This document shows positions 9,785-18,398 of a stretch of DNA of 64,000 bases, one piece after another. Made by a program: the position numbers and the translations under genes. Within the stretch, counting starts at the first letter, position 1. Each line of letters begins with the position of its first letter. The DNA is taken from contig JAEINU010000001.1 of NCBI GenBank assembly GCA_016342685.1, forward strand, positions 1,034,920 through 1,098,919. The letters run 5' to 3'. The notes below the pieces were generated by a model. That model did not search any database and was not told where the DNA came from. It saw nothing but the letters and a program-made list of their open reading frames with translations. Origin of the DNA: Bacteroidales bacterium. Its GTDB lineage: Bacteria; Bacteroidota; Bacteroidia; Bacteroidales; UBA12077.

Positions 9785-10037
9785 AATTCATTTTTTTCAT
9801 TTTCTATTGTAAATCTACATATACTTTTAAAAATCAAAAATTATTTGGTGTAAAATTGTATTCTCAAATTATAGGTTCAGGTAATTTATATGCAATAGAT
9901 AGATTATTTAAAAACTATTATATAAGAAACGGGTGTTTATTCAAATATAAATGAAAACTAATAGAAATCAGTTATTTGAGAATGCCTAGTATCTTAATAT
10001 AATTAAAAAAAAATACAGAAATTTCCATACTCATTTT

Positions 10038-11249
10038 TTATACCTTAAGAATTTCTCCTTCAGATTTAGCAATTATAGTAGCACCACAGCTATCGCTCCA
10101 AACATTAGTTGCTGTTCGAAGCATATCTAAAGGCCTATCAACAGCAAGTATTAACCCAACACCTTCTAATGGCAAGCCAACTTGGGTAAGAATTACAGTT
10201 ATCATAACTAAACTGGCCATAGGAATTCCAGCTGCGCCAATTGAAGTCAATAAAGCTGTCATTACAACAATAAATTGCTGTAATATAGAAAGTTCAACGC
10301 CGTATGCTTGCGCAATAAACATGGCTGCAACACACTCGTAAAGAGCAGTTCCATCCATATTAATTGTAGCACCTAAAGGCAAAGTAAAACTTGTTATTTT
10401 ATTTGAAACTCCAGAATTATTTTCAACAGCCTCCATAGTTAATGGTAAAGTTGCATTAGATGAAGATGTGGAAAATGCAGTTAGGAGTGGAGTACTCATA
10501 TTTTTAAAATGCTTAATAGGATTTACTTTTCCAATAAATTTAGTTATAAGTGGCAAAGTAATAAAAGAATGAATTACTAAAGCAGCTATAACGGTGATCA
10601 TAAACTTTCCTAAACCAATAGCGAGCTGAATTAAATCTGGTGAAGTACTAATTTGAAGAGCCACAATTCCGAATACCCCTAGTGGAGTAAACTTAATAAC
10701 AAACAGAGTAATTTTCATCATTACTTCAAAAATAGAATTGAAAAGCTCTTTAAGGAAATTTGAATGTTTTGAATCAACTTGATTAATAAAGAAACCAAAC
10801 AAAATAGCAAAGAATATGATTGATAGCATTTTATTATCTACGAAAGCTTGAAAAATATTTGTTGGTACGATATGAATAAGTGTCTGCCCAAGGCTTTCTT
10901 TCGTAATATTCAAATTATCGACACCTTGCATCAAGCCCATATCTGCTCCTGTACCAGGAACTATTGTATTAACCAAAAATAACCCCGTTAGTATTGCCAA
11001 GGTACTGGTGATTACATAATAACTAAAAGTTTTAAATGTTAACCGTCCTAAATGTTCAGCACTTCCTATATTTGTTACTCCAGAAATAATAGAACTTAAT
11101 ATTAATGGAATAATTAACATTTTAAGAGCACGCATAAAAATATCTCCCATCCAGCTAACATACCTAACTTGATTTGGAAAAATTGCTCCAAAAAGAACTG
11201 CTAATAGTAACGCTATTAAAATCTGCCAGTGTAATGCAATTTTCTTCAT
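10038..11249 (-). CDS. Dicarboxylate/amino-acid:cation (Na+/H+) symporter, DAACS (GltP) family
   Basis: Multi-TM protein with the NMDGTALYE motif typical of the family. Start moved from 11327 to ATG 11249 (MKKIALHWQILIALL...). Confidence 0.9.
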   Translation of the reverse strand: MKKIALHWQILIALLLAVLFGAIFPNQVRYVSWMGDIFMRALKMLIIPLILSSIISGVTNIGSAEHLGRLTFKTFSYYVITSTLAILTGLFLVNTIVPGTGADMGLMQGVDNLNITKESLGQTLIHIVPTNIFQAFVDNKMLSIIFFAILFGFFINQVDSKHSNFLKELFNSIFEVMMKITLFVIKFTPLGVFGIVALQISTSPDLIQLAIGLGKFMITVIAALVIHSFITLPLITKFIGKVNPIKHFKNMSTPLLTAFSTSSSNATLPLTMEAVENNSGVSNKITSFTLPLGATINMDGTALYECVAAMFIAQAYGVELSILQQFIVVMTALLTSIGAAGIPMASLVMITVILTQVGLPLEGVGLILAVDRPLDMLRTATNVWSDSCGATIIAKSEGEILKV

Positions 11250-11548
11250 TTTTAGGATTTTAATTTTATAAGATGTTAAATATAATAAAACATGATTTGG
11301 ATTTAGCAGAAAATAGGAGTTATGCAAAAAAATAAGTTGAAATTGAACATTTTTTATTGCCGTTGAGATTTTAATAATGCGAGATATTGTTAATGATGAA
11401 ATTAAATATTCAATTCTCAGAGGGATAAAATTCTCTATCTATTTTAACCAAATAACATTAAAAATTGAATCTTCTGAAATGTTACTGAATCATAAAAAGA
11501 AAATATATTGTGGCTTACAATAAGTTACAAAAGTGAAAATATAAACAC

Positions 11549-11596
11549 ATTACAAATGTAATCAGAACAAATCGCCTATAATATTACAAATGTAAT
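11549..11596. promoter_or_regulatory. Two identical 14-bp palindromes ATTACAAATGTAAT (TTAC-N4-GTAA), candidate operator pair
   Basis: Exact copies at 11549-11562 and 11583-11596, 34 bp apart, inside an 836-bp non-coding gap. Confidence 0.4.
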
Positions 11597-12031
11597 CGAA
11601 TAGAATATTGATTTTATGTTACATCTGGAAACACTTATAAATTGTAACCGAATAGCTATTCTTATTAAGCATAATACTCATATAATCAGTACTATATATA
11701 GTATATTTAAAGTTAATAATTAGATGTATATACCTTTTCACTATCAAATGAATAATTATGTCATAAAATAGTCACATAAGTCACTAATAATCAATCTATA
11801 GATACTTTTCACTAAAGTATAAATTAATATCATATTAAACTCTTTAAAATCTTTGATTATAGACACTATTTAAGGATTTTCAGCTAAATTTATATAACTT
11901 CTAACAATCTAATTTAAAGGGGAAGTTTATACTATTAAATACTTGAATATTTAATCATATAATCATCTTTTAAGGCTTTAATAACACGTCATTGTATTAA
12001 CATATGTAAACTACACATTTTACAGATTAAA

Positions 12032-12068
12032 TTACATAAGTAAACAATATTTAAGTTACATTTGTAAT
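12032..12068. promoter_or_regulatory. Two further TTAC-N4-GTAA sites overlapping the promoter of the HTH gene
   Basis: TTACATAAGTAA at 12032-12043 and GTTACATTTGTAAT at 12055-12068, the reverse complement of the upstream palindrome with one mismatch. Confidence 0.45.
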
Positions 12069-12072
12069 ATAT

Positions 12073-12080
12073 TAAGTTTG
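12073..12080 (+). promoter_or_regulatory. Bacteroidota-type -7 box TAAGTTTG (TAnnTTTG)
   Basis: Matches TAnnTTTG and ends 5 nt before ATG 12086, which would give a leaderless or very short-leader mRNA. Confidence 0.3.
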
Positions 12081-12085
12081 CATAT

Positions 12086-12526
12086 ATGAAAGATCGCATT
12101 ATTCAGTTTTTAAGAGAGAATAACTTAACATCAACAAAATTTGCAGACGTTATAGGTGTACAACGTTCAAGTATTTCTCATATATTATCAGGTAGAAATA
12201 AACCCAGTTTTGATTTCATTGAAAAAATGCTTATTGCCTACCCCGACTTGGATGCACAATGGTTAATAACAGGTAAGGGAGATATGAATTCTCCCCAACC
12301 TTCTTTATTTAATCATAATAAAACAGAAGAAAATTGTGAGAATTTAACTCAACGAGAATCAAATATTCAATTTTCAAGCACAATTGGGCACGAAATAAGC
12401 GGTTCTCAAAATATTATTCCTAAAATTGAAAGTTCTAATAACAATTCGAGAAATTTAGAAAAAGAAATAGATCGTGTTATGATATTTTATTCAGATGGTA
12501 CATTTAAAGATTATAAATCTGAGTAA
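12086..12526 (+). CDS. XRE-family helix-turn-helix transcriptional regulator
   Basis: N-terminal HTH (LTSTKFADVIGVQRSSISHILSGRNKPSFDFIEKML...WLITGKGDM) followed by a low-complexity linker and a short C-terminal domain. Confidence 0.8.
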   Translation: MKDRIIQFLRENNLTSTKFADVIGVQRSSISHILSGRNKPSFDFIEKMLIAYPDLDAQWLITGKGDMNSPQPSLFNHNKTEENCENLTQRESNIQFSSTIGHEISGSQNIIPKIESSNNNSRNLEKEIDRVMIFYSDGTFKDYKSE

Positions 12527-12542
12527 AAAGGATAATCTGTAT

Positions 12543-12550
12543 TATCTTTG
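12543..12550 (+). promoter_or_regulatory. -7 box TATCTTTG upstream of pyrD
   Basis: TAnnTTTG match ending 11 nt before ATG 12562. Confidence 0.4.
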
Positions 12551-12561
12551 CACAAAAACAT

Positions 12562-13599
12562 ATGTATAAACGCATAATAAGACCTGTTTTATTCCTTTTA
12601 CAACCAGAAACTATTCATCATTTAATAGTTTTAGCACTAAAAGTTGGATTTAAAATACCTGGAGTAGCTGCTATTGTTCGAAAAGCTTACACTATTAGAA
12701 ACAAAAAACTAAAAACAAATTTTTTAGGTATTGAATTTGATAATCCTATTGGATTTGCTGCTGGATTCGATAAAAACGCTGAAGTTTTTAATCAGTTTGC
12801 CAATTTTGGATTTTCCTTTATAGAAATTGGAACAGTAACACCTGTTCCGCAGTCTGGTAATGCAAAGCCAAGATCATTTAGGATACCAAAAGATTCTGGC
12901 TTAATAAATAGGATGGGTTTCAACAATAAAGGAGTCGATTATGCTGTTAAACAACTTAAATCAAAAAAGCATAAGGTCATAATTGGAGGAAATTTAGGTA
13001 AAAATACAGCAACTGAAAACAATCGAGCAATTCAAGATTATGTTGTCTGTTTTGAAAAATTATATGATGAAGTTGATTATTTTGTCGTTAATCTTAGTTG
13101 TCCTAATATAAAGGATTTAAGAAAATTGCAGGATAAAGACTCAACAATTACAATTCTTAATAAACTTACTGAATTAAGGAGAGCATTTTCGAAGTATAAG
13201 CCAATTTTGTTAAAAATATCACCCGATTTAACCAATAATCAACTGGATGATGTGGTTGAAACCTTTAATATTACAGGTGTAGATGGTATTGTTGCTACGA
13301 ATACAACCGTTTCTAGAGAGGGTTTATTAACCGAAAAGAAGCGGATAGAAGAGATTGCGAATGGAGGTATGAGTGGTAAACCATTAACGAATAGATCAAC
13401 AGAAATAATTCGCTATTTATCTGAAAAATCAAATGGAGATATACCAATTATTGGGGTTGGTGGAATTATGAGTGTTGAAGATGCAATTGAAAAATTGGAT
13501 GCAGGAGCAAGTTTGATACAGTTATACACTGGATTTATTTATGAGGGGCCAGGATTTGTTAAGCGTATAAATAAAGCTTTAGTTAAACGTTGTAAATAA
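12562..13599 (+). CDS. pyrD: Dihydroorotate dehydrogenase, class-2-type scaffold (quinone-type N-terminal extension)
   Basis: Collinear with E. coli PyrD as I recall it (MYKRIIRPVLFLLQPE..., NPIGFAAGFDKN, GLINRMGFNNKGVD, ATNTT, IIGVGGI). The active-site loop reads NLSCPN. Confidence 0.9.
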   Translation: MYKRIIRPVLFLLQPETIHHLIVLALKVGFKIPGVAAIVRKAYTIRNKKLKTNFLGIEFDNPIGFAAGFDKNAEVFNQFANFGFSFIEIGTVTPVPQSGNAKPRSFRIPKDSGLINRMGFNNKGVDYAVKQLKSKKHKVIIGGNLGKNTATENNRAIQDYVVCFEKLYDEVDYFVVNLSCPNIKDLRKLQDKDSTITILNKLTELRRAFSKYKPILLKISPDLTNNQLDDVVETFNITGVDGIVATNTTVSREGLLTEKKRIEEIANGGMSGKPLTNRSTEIIRYLSEKSNGDIPIIGVGGIMSVEDAIEKLDAGASLIQLYTGFIYEGPGFVKRINKALVKRCK

Positions 13600-13616
13600 C
13601 TAAATAATAATAAAAT

Positions 13617-13649
13617 AAAAAGGAGAAGTTTTTGGCTTCTCCTTTTTTA
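13617..13649. terminator. Bidirectional intrinsic terminator (pyrD / antiporter convergent pair)
   Basis: AAAAGGAGAAG-tttttgg-CTTCTCCTTTTTT. Confidence 0.75.
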
Positions 13650-13669
13650 TGCGGTTTATTTTTCTTTTA

Positions 13670-15043
13670 TTAGATTAATGTTAATAGCCAATAAGTTAGT
13701 GCTCCGCTTAAATATCCAGCAATTGCTAACCATGAGATGTGTTTTAAATACCAGAAGAAATCTATTTTTTCAAGGCTCATAGCAGCAACACCTGCAGCCG
13801 ATCCAATAATCAAAACACTACCACCTGTACCAGCGCAGTAAGCTAAAAACGACCAAAAATCTCCATTCTGAACAAAATAAGAAGCATATCCAATAGCATC
13901 AGGTTGTGCTATATCATACATTCCTATTGAAGCAGCAACTAGAGGAACATTATCTATTATGGATGAAACTACACCTATAATTATATTTATTAAGTATATA
14001 TTACCAATCTCATCGGCTAACCACCCTGAAAGGATGTCTAAGTGTCCTGCTGATTGTAGGGCAGCTACACCACTTAAAATACCTAGAAAAAATAGAACAG
14101 TAGGCGTATCAACATCTTTTATGATCTTGTTTACGCTTAATTTTCTTAAATCTGTTCTCTTATTAAAAACAAACCTAACGTCGGTGTAAAACCACAAGAA
14201 TCCAAGACCGAGAAGCATTCCCATGTATGGAGGTAAGTGGGTTGTAGTTTTAAATATCGGAACCGAAATTAAGGCTAAAACTCCTGCAATAAGAATTGTA
14301 ATTCGATCTCTTCGAGGGATAAATTCTCTTGTTTCTTCCTTATCTAAGGCGGGCTTTTCAATTTTCCCTTTTATAAAGAAAGATAATAAGGTTAATGGAA
14401 CTACCATTGAAACAAAACTTGGGAGTATAATTGATTTAATTATACTTCCTGCCGTAACTTGCCCACCAATCCATAACATAATTGTAGTAACATCTCCAAT
14501 TGGCGACCATGCTCCACCTGCATTAGCAGAAATTACAATTAAGCCGGCAAATAACCATCTATTATGTTTATCTGTTAATATCTTTCGCATTAAGGCAACC
14601 ATTACAATGGTAGTTGTTAAATTGTCAAGAATAGCTGACAAAAAGAAGGTTAAAAAACTAATAAGCCACAATAACTTAACCTTATTGGTAGTTTTTATTT
14701 TTTCGGTAATAATTCTAAAGCCTTGGTATTTATCAATAACTTCAACAATGGTCATTGCGCCAAGTAAAAATAGGATTATTCCTGATATTTCGGCTAAATG
14801 GTGAGGTAATTCATGATCGACAATAAAATGCTTTATTGTTTCGTAATTTAGATTATTAGCAGAGAAATTAATCCAGCTTTTACTAAAACCTTGAGATAGA
14901 ATATTCTTCCCTCCAATTATATATACTGTCCATGTTAATACACCTAGAAGCAGGGCAGAAGCGGCTTTATTAATTTTAAGCGCGTGTTCAAAAACTATAA
15001 GTATATATCCAACGATAAATACCATCAACATTAAAGTAAACAT
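13670..15043 (-). CDS. nhaD: NhaD/ArsB-superfamily ion transporter, probable Na+/H+ antiporter NhaD
   Basis: 457-aa polytopic membrane protein with CitMHS/NhaD-like repeats (SAILDNLTTTIVM, SIIDNVPLVAA). Confidence 0.7.
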   Translation of the reverse strand: MFTLMLMVFIVGYILIVFEHALKINKAASALLLGVLTWTVYIIGGKNILSQGFSKSWINFSANNLNYETIKHFIVDHELPHHLAEISGIILFLLGAMTIVEVIDKYQGFRIITEKIKTTNKVKLLWLISFLTFFLSAILDNLTTTIVMVALMRKILTDKHNRWLFAGLIVISANAGGAWSPIGDVTTIMLWIGGQVTAGSIIKSIILPSFVSMVVPLTLLSFFIKGKIEKPALDKEETREFIPRRDRITILIAGVLALISVPIFKTTTHLPPYMGMLLGLGFLWFYTDVRFVFNKRTDLRKLSVNKIIKDVDTPTVLFFLGILSGVAALQSAGHLDILSGWLADEIGNIYLINIIIGVVSSIIDNVPLVAASIGMYDIAQPDAIGYASYFVQNGDFWSFLAYCAGTGGSVLIIGSAAGVAAMSLEKIDFFWYLKHISWLAIAGYLSGALTYWLLTLI

Positions 15044-15120
15044 AGTATAATGCTATTAAGAAATTATTAAATAAGTTAACTGTTTGTATTATAAGCTGTA
15101 GGAAGCTTTGAATAAAAAGA

Positions 15121-15148
15121 AAAGAGAAGCAAAAATTTGCTTCTCTTT
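15121..15148 (-). terminator. Intrinsic terminator downstream of tRNA-Lys copy 1
   Basis: AAAGAGAAGCA-aaaatt-TGCTTCTCTTT, with a T-run following on the minus strand. Confidence 0.75.
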
Positions 15149-15151
15149 TAG

Positions 15152-15224
15152 TGACCCAACAGGGGCTCGAACCCTGGACCCCATCCTTAAAAGGGATGTG
15201 CTCTACCAGCTGAGCTATTGAGTC
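15152..15224 (-). tRNA. tRNA-Lys (anticodon UUU)
   Basis: Reverse complement GACTCAATAGCTCAGCTGGTAGAGCACATCCCTTTTAAGGATGGGGTCCAGGGTTCGAGCCCCTGTTGGGTCA. It has a 7-bp acceptor stem, anticodon loop CUUUUAA, GGTTCGAGCCC T-arm and no encoded CCA. Confidence 0.95.
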
Positions 15225-15242
15225 ATTTCGTTATTGCGACTG

Positions 15243-15250
15243 CAAATGTA
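15243..15250 (-). promoter_or_regulatory. -7 box TACATTTG for tRNA-Lys copy 1
   Basis: Plus strand CAAATGTA, which is TAnnTTTG on the minus strand, about 19 nt upstream of the tRNA 5' end. Confidence 0.4.
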
Positions 15251-15370
15251 GTATCTAATTTTTTAAATCCAAATGTTTTTTGAAAAAAAATGCAAAAAAA
15301 ATATAATTAATTTAAAAGTTTAAAAGCACTGGTCTAAAAACCTGTTAAACAGAAGTTTAGAAAAAACAAA

Positions 15371-15398
15371 AAAGAGAAGCAAAAATTTGCTTCTCTTT
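15371..15398 (-). terminator. Intrinsic terminator downstream of tRNA-Lys copy 2
   Basis: Same AAAGAGAAGCA-aaaatt-TGCTTCTCTTT hairpin as at 15121. Confidence 0.75.
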
Positions 15399-15401
15399 TC
15401 G

Positions 15402-15474
15402 TGACCCAACAGGGGCTCGAACCCTGGACCCCATCCTTAAAAGGGATGTGCTCTACCAGCTGAGCTATTGAGTC
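15402..15474 (-). tRNA. tRNA-Lys (anticodon UUU), second copy
   Basis: Sequence identical to the copy at 15152-15224, 250 bp away. Confidence 0.95.
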
Positions 15475-15484
15475 GTTTGGAGTG

Positions 15485-15492
15485 CAAAAATA
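15485..15492 (-). promoter_or_regulatory. -7 box TATTTTTG for tRNA-Lys copy 2
   Basis: Plus strand CAAAAATA, which is TAnnTTTG on the minus strand, about 11 nt upstream of the tRNA 5' end. Confidence 0.35.
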
Positions 15493-15668
15493 AAATCTTA
15501 TTTATTTCTATCAAAGTTTTTTCAAGAAAAAATGTAAAAATAATCTTAATTATCACTAAATCAGCTATAAAAATTTCCATTTAATTTTTATGGGCATAAT
15601 AAATACAATATTTTAGGTGTAAAAATGCAGATATTTGTAGTTTTGGGCAATTTAATTATAGAAAAAAT

Positions 15669-16073
15669 ATGTACACTTCAACAACAAAAGTAAGGGTCAG
15701 ATACGGAGAAACTGATAAAATGGGATATGTTTACTATGGAATTTATCCATTATATTACGAAATAGGTAGAACTGAATTAATGCGGGAATTTGACTTGCCA
15801 TATAAAAAGATAGAGGATATGGGGATTATCCTGCCTGTAAAAACACTTGATATTAAATATCATAAAGCAGCAAAATACGATGATTTATTAACAATAAAGA
15901 CAACAATTAAAGAATTACCTGGTGTTCGAATAACATTTTACTACGAGATCTTAAATGAAAAAGAAGAACTTTTAAATGAAGGTACAACTATGCTCATTTT
16001 TGTTAATGAAAAAAGTCAAAGGCCCATGAAGGCGCCCGATCTGTTGATAAATCAGTTGGAAAAGCATTTCTAA
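15669..16073 (+). CDS. Acyl-CoA thioesterase, YbgC/4-hydroxybenzoyl-CoA thioesterase (hotdog) family
   Basis: VRVRYGETDKMGYVYYGIYPLYYEIGRTELMRE N-terminus with the catalytic Asp context. Length is 134 aa. Confidence 0.85.
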   Translation: MYTSTTKVRVRYGETDKMGYVYYGIYPLYYEIGRTELMREFDLPYKKIEDMGIILPVKTLDIKYHKAAKYDDLLTIKTTIKELPGVRITFYYEILNEKEELLNEGTTMLIFVNEKSQRPMKAPDLLINQLEKHF

Positions 16074-16081
16074 TAATTTAC

Positions 16082-16112
16082 AAGGAAGATCATTTGATCT
16101 TCCTTTTTTTAT
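16082..16112 (+). terminator. Intrinsic terminator
   Basis: AAGGAAGAT-catttg-ATCTTCCTTTTTTT. Confidence 0.75.
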
Positions 16113-16219
16113 TTCCATTTAATAAATAATTTAATATACCTGTAATGATTTAAAAATGAATTCGTCTTGTTAGTGTATTAAGCTTAATTATAAAAATTAT
16201 TAACATTAAAATTTAAATT

Positions 16220-16726
16220 ATGAAAAAAATACTAGCAATAATAGTTTTAGCAGCATTACCAGTATTGTTAAATGCTCAAGATTTAATCGATGGATTAATT
16301 GATAAATATCAAGGACAAGAAGGATTTACAACTGTTGTTATTAATAGTGCTATGTTTGATATTGCGGCAGCAATTGATGATGATAATGATCTTCAAAAGA
16401 TGAAAGGAATGATTGACAAGATTAGAATTATCGCGATGGATGATTTTTCTAATACAGAAATTAACTTCTTTAGTGAAATGCAATCTCACGTTAATGCTAA
16501 ATCATATGTAGAATTAATGACAGTTAAAGAAAAAGATAATGATGTGGTATTCTATGTAAAATACGCAGGTAAGGATATTGAGGAACTACTATTAGTTGCA
16601 GGAGGCACAGACGAGAATGCAATTATTAGTATCAAAGGAAAAATTAACTTAAAAGAATTAGCATCTATTTCGAAATCAGTACACATTTCAGGATTTGAGT
16701 ATTTAGACAATCTTGAAAACAATTAA
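16220..16726 (+). CDS. DUF4252-family secreted protein (copy 1)
   Basis: Signal peptide. Motifs IDKYQGQEGFTTVVINSAMF, IRIIAMDD, YVELMTVKEKDNDVVFYVKY and ELLLVAGGTDENAIISIKGKINLKEL match my memory of DUF4252. Confidence 0.75.
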   Translation: MKKILAIIVLAALPVLLNAQDLIDGLIDKYQGQEGFTTVVINSAMFDIAAAIDDDNDLQKMKGMIDKIRIIAMDDFSNTEINFFSEMQSHVNAKSYVELMTVKEKDNDVVFYVKYAGKDIEELLLVAGGTDENAIISIKGKINLKELASISKSVHISGFEYLDNLENN

Positions 16727-16727
16727 G

Positions 16728-16755
16728 AAAAGGGGGATACTTTCCCCTTTTTCAA
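16728..16755 (+). terminator. Intrinsic terminator between DUF4252 copy 1 and the ECF sigma gene
   Basis: AAAAGGGG-gatacttt-CCCCTTTTT. Confidence 0.65.
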
Positions 16756-16795
16756 TAATTATTTGTATTTTTCAAATTCCTGAACAGCTAATTTA

Positions 16796-17341
16796 ATGAC
16801 AGAAGAAGTTTTTAAACAAGATATTATTCCTTTAAATCAGAAACTATTAGGTTTTGCTAATCGATTCATGAATGATTTTGATGATGCAAAAGATATTGTT
16901 CAGGAAATATTTATTAAGCTATGGTCAATGCGAAATGAACTAGAAAAATACAATAGCGTTGAAGCTTTGGCAATGAGAATGACTCGGAATTTATGTCTCG
17001 ATAAAATTAAATTAAAAAAAACGATTCCGTTAAATGGCGCAATTAAAGAGGAACCGCATGATGATCAAATTGCAAAAGAGAGAAATGGAGAAATAAATAT
17101 TGCAGTACAAAGAGTAAAAAAATCTATTGAAAGACTTGATGAACCGCAAAAAACAATAATGCAGTTGCGTGATATACAAGGTTATGATTACGAAGAAATT
17201 GGACAAATTCTTAATATGAATGTTAATACGATTAGAGTGAGTTTGTCACGAGCAAGAAAAAAAGTAAAAGCCGATTTATTAAATAATTACTATAATTATG
17301 GATCTGAAAAAAATAAAAGCTCTGTTAGAGAAATATTATAA
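16796..17341 (+). CDS. ECF-type RNA polymerase sigma-70 factor
   Basis: Region 2 (DDAKDIVQEIFIKLW) and region 4 HTH (QGYDYEEIGQILNMNVNTIRVSLSRARKKV). Confidence 0.85.
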   Translation: MTEEVFKQDIIPLNQKLLGFANRFMNDFDDAKDIVQEIFIKLWSMRNELEKYNSVEALAMRMTRNLCLDKIKLKKTIPLNGAIKEEPHDDQIAKERNGEINIAVQRVKKSIERLDEPQKTIMQLRDIQGYDYEEIGQILNMNVNTIRVSLSRARKKVKADLLNNYYNYGSEKNKSSVREIL

Positions 17342-17876
17342 CGGAGATGCAACAATAGAAGAGGAAGAGATCCTTAAAAATTACTTTCAAGGAAATGAAA
17401 TTAGCGATGAGTTTATTGCTGATAAAGATATATTTATGTATAATTCATTTGAAAGCAATATACAAAGCTCTTTACCCGATTTATCAAATGAAATTTGGGA
17501 GAATATTAAAAATCAGGAATCCATAATTAATCGTAAAAGAAGTAGAAGCTTAAATTACATGATGTTAAGAGTTGCAGCTGGTTTTGCTATTCTTTTTTCA
17601 TCTTACTTTTTATTAAAAAATCATATTTTTGGTGAAGCTCAAACAATTCAATATACCGATACATACAAAAATCCTGAACAAGCTTATCATGAAACTAAAA
17701 AGACTTTATTGTATGTGTCTCAACTCTTAAATAGAGGTACTAACCATTTAGAACCAATTCACAAAATTGAAGATGGAGCTAGTAAGTTAAAATCATTGTC
17801 GAGTTTTAACGATGGTTTAAAAGAACTAGATCCCATAAAAAAATATAATATTGCAGATAAATACATTAAACAATAA
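17298..17876 (+). CDS. Putative anti-sigma / single-pass membrane protein
   Basis: Overlaps the sigma gene by 44 nt. N-terminal LLEKYYNGDATIEEEEILKNYF motif, one TM (LRVAAGFAILFSSYFLL), periplasmic tail. Confidence 0.5.
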   Translation: MDLKKIKALLEKYYNGDATIEEEEILKNYFQGNEISDEFIADKDIFMYNSFESNIQSSLPDLSNEIWENIKNQESIINRKRSRSLNYMMLRVAAGFAILFSSYFLLKNHIFGEAQTIQYTDTYKNPEQAYHETKKTLLYVSQLLNRGTNHLEPIHKIEDGASKLKSLSSFNDGLKELDPIKKYNIADKYIKQ

Positions 17877-17880
17877 AGTT

Positions 17881-18390
17881 ATGAAAAAAATACTTGTAGT
17901 TTTTCTAATTGCAGTCATCCCAGCACTTGCATTTGCTCAAAAAACGCCCGTTGATGAATTATTTGACAAGTATAGCGGTCAAGAAGGAATAACCTCTGTT
18001 TATATTACGAGCTATATGTTTAGTATGTTCACTGAATTGGAAACAGACGATCCAGACTTTGATGAGTTAGTTAAAAATCTAAAAGGGATTAAAATCCTTG
18101 CAACAGATAATTCTTATACTGGCAGTGTTAATTTCTATAAAGAAATTATTGAAAAATTACCGGAGTCTGTTTATAAGGAATTGATGGTGATTAAAGAAAA
18201 AGATCAAGATGTGAAGTTTTTGCTAAATGAAAAAGATGGCAAAATAATCGAATTACTTATTATTGCAGGAGGAAATAGTGAAAATGCAATAATTAGTATT
18301 CAAGGAAATATTGATTTGAAAAACATTTCAAAACTGTCAAAATCTATGAAAATTAACGGATTAGAACATTTAGAAGAAATTGATAAATAA
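17881..18390 (+). CDS. DUF4252-family secreted protein (copy 2)
   Basis: Start moved to ATG 17881 (MKKILVVFLIAV...AFAQ). Motifs FDKYSGQEGITSVYITSYMF, IKILATD, YKELMVIKEKDQDVKFLL, ELLIIAGGNSENAIISIQGNIDLKNI. Confidence 0.8.
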   Translation: MKKILVVFLIAVIPALAFAQKTPVDELFDKYSGQEGITSVYITSYMFSMFTELETDDPDFDELVKNLKGIKILATDNSYTGSVNFYKEIIEKLPESVYKELMVIKEKDQDVKFLLNEKDGKIIELLIIAGGNSENAIISIQGNIDLKNISKLSKSMKINGLEHLEEIDK

Positions 18391-18398
18391 GGAGATTT

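Noticed and set aside
11250-11327. N-terminal extension of the DAACS transporter ORF (start at 11327)
   Set aside because: The extension (MHNSYFLLNPNHVLLYLTSYKIKILK) is not transporter-like. The internal ATG at 11249 gives the usual MKK... start directly before TM1.
11250-12085. The long AT-rich gap as a replication origin
   Set aside because: I found only one weak DnaA-box-like 9-mer (TGTGGCTTA, 11509-11517). There is no dnaA, dnaN or other origin-linked gene nearby and no cluster of TTATCCACA-type boxes.
13959-14804. ORFs of 76 aa and 193 aa on the plus strand (13959..14189, 14223..14804)
   Set aside because: Both lie entirely inside, and antisense to, the well-supported 457-aa NhaD-type transporter gene. 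Their composition mirrors the hydrophobic codons of that gene, so they are typical shadow ORFs.
15114-15495. The repeated sequence at the tRNA-Lys genes as att sites of an integrated element
   Set aside because: The repeats are complete tRNA-plus-terminator units in tandem, not a tRNA 3' fragment duplicated across an insert. No integrase or cargo lies between or beside them.
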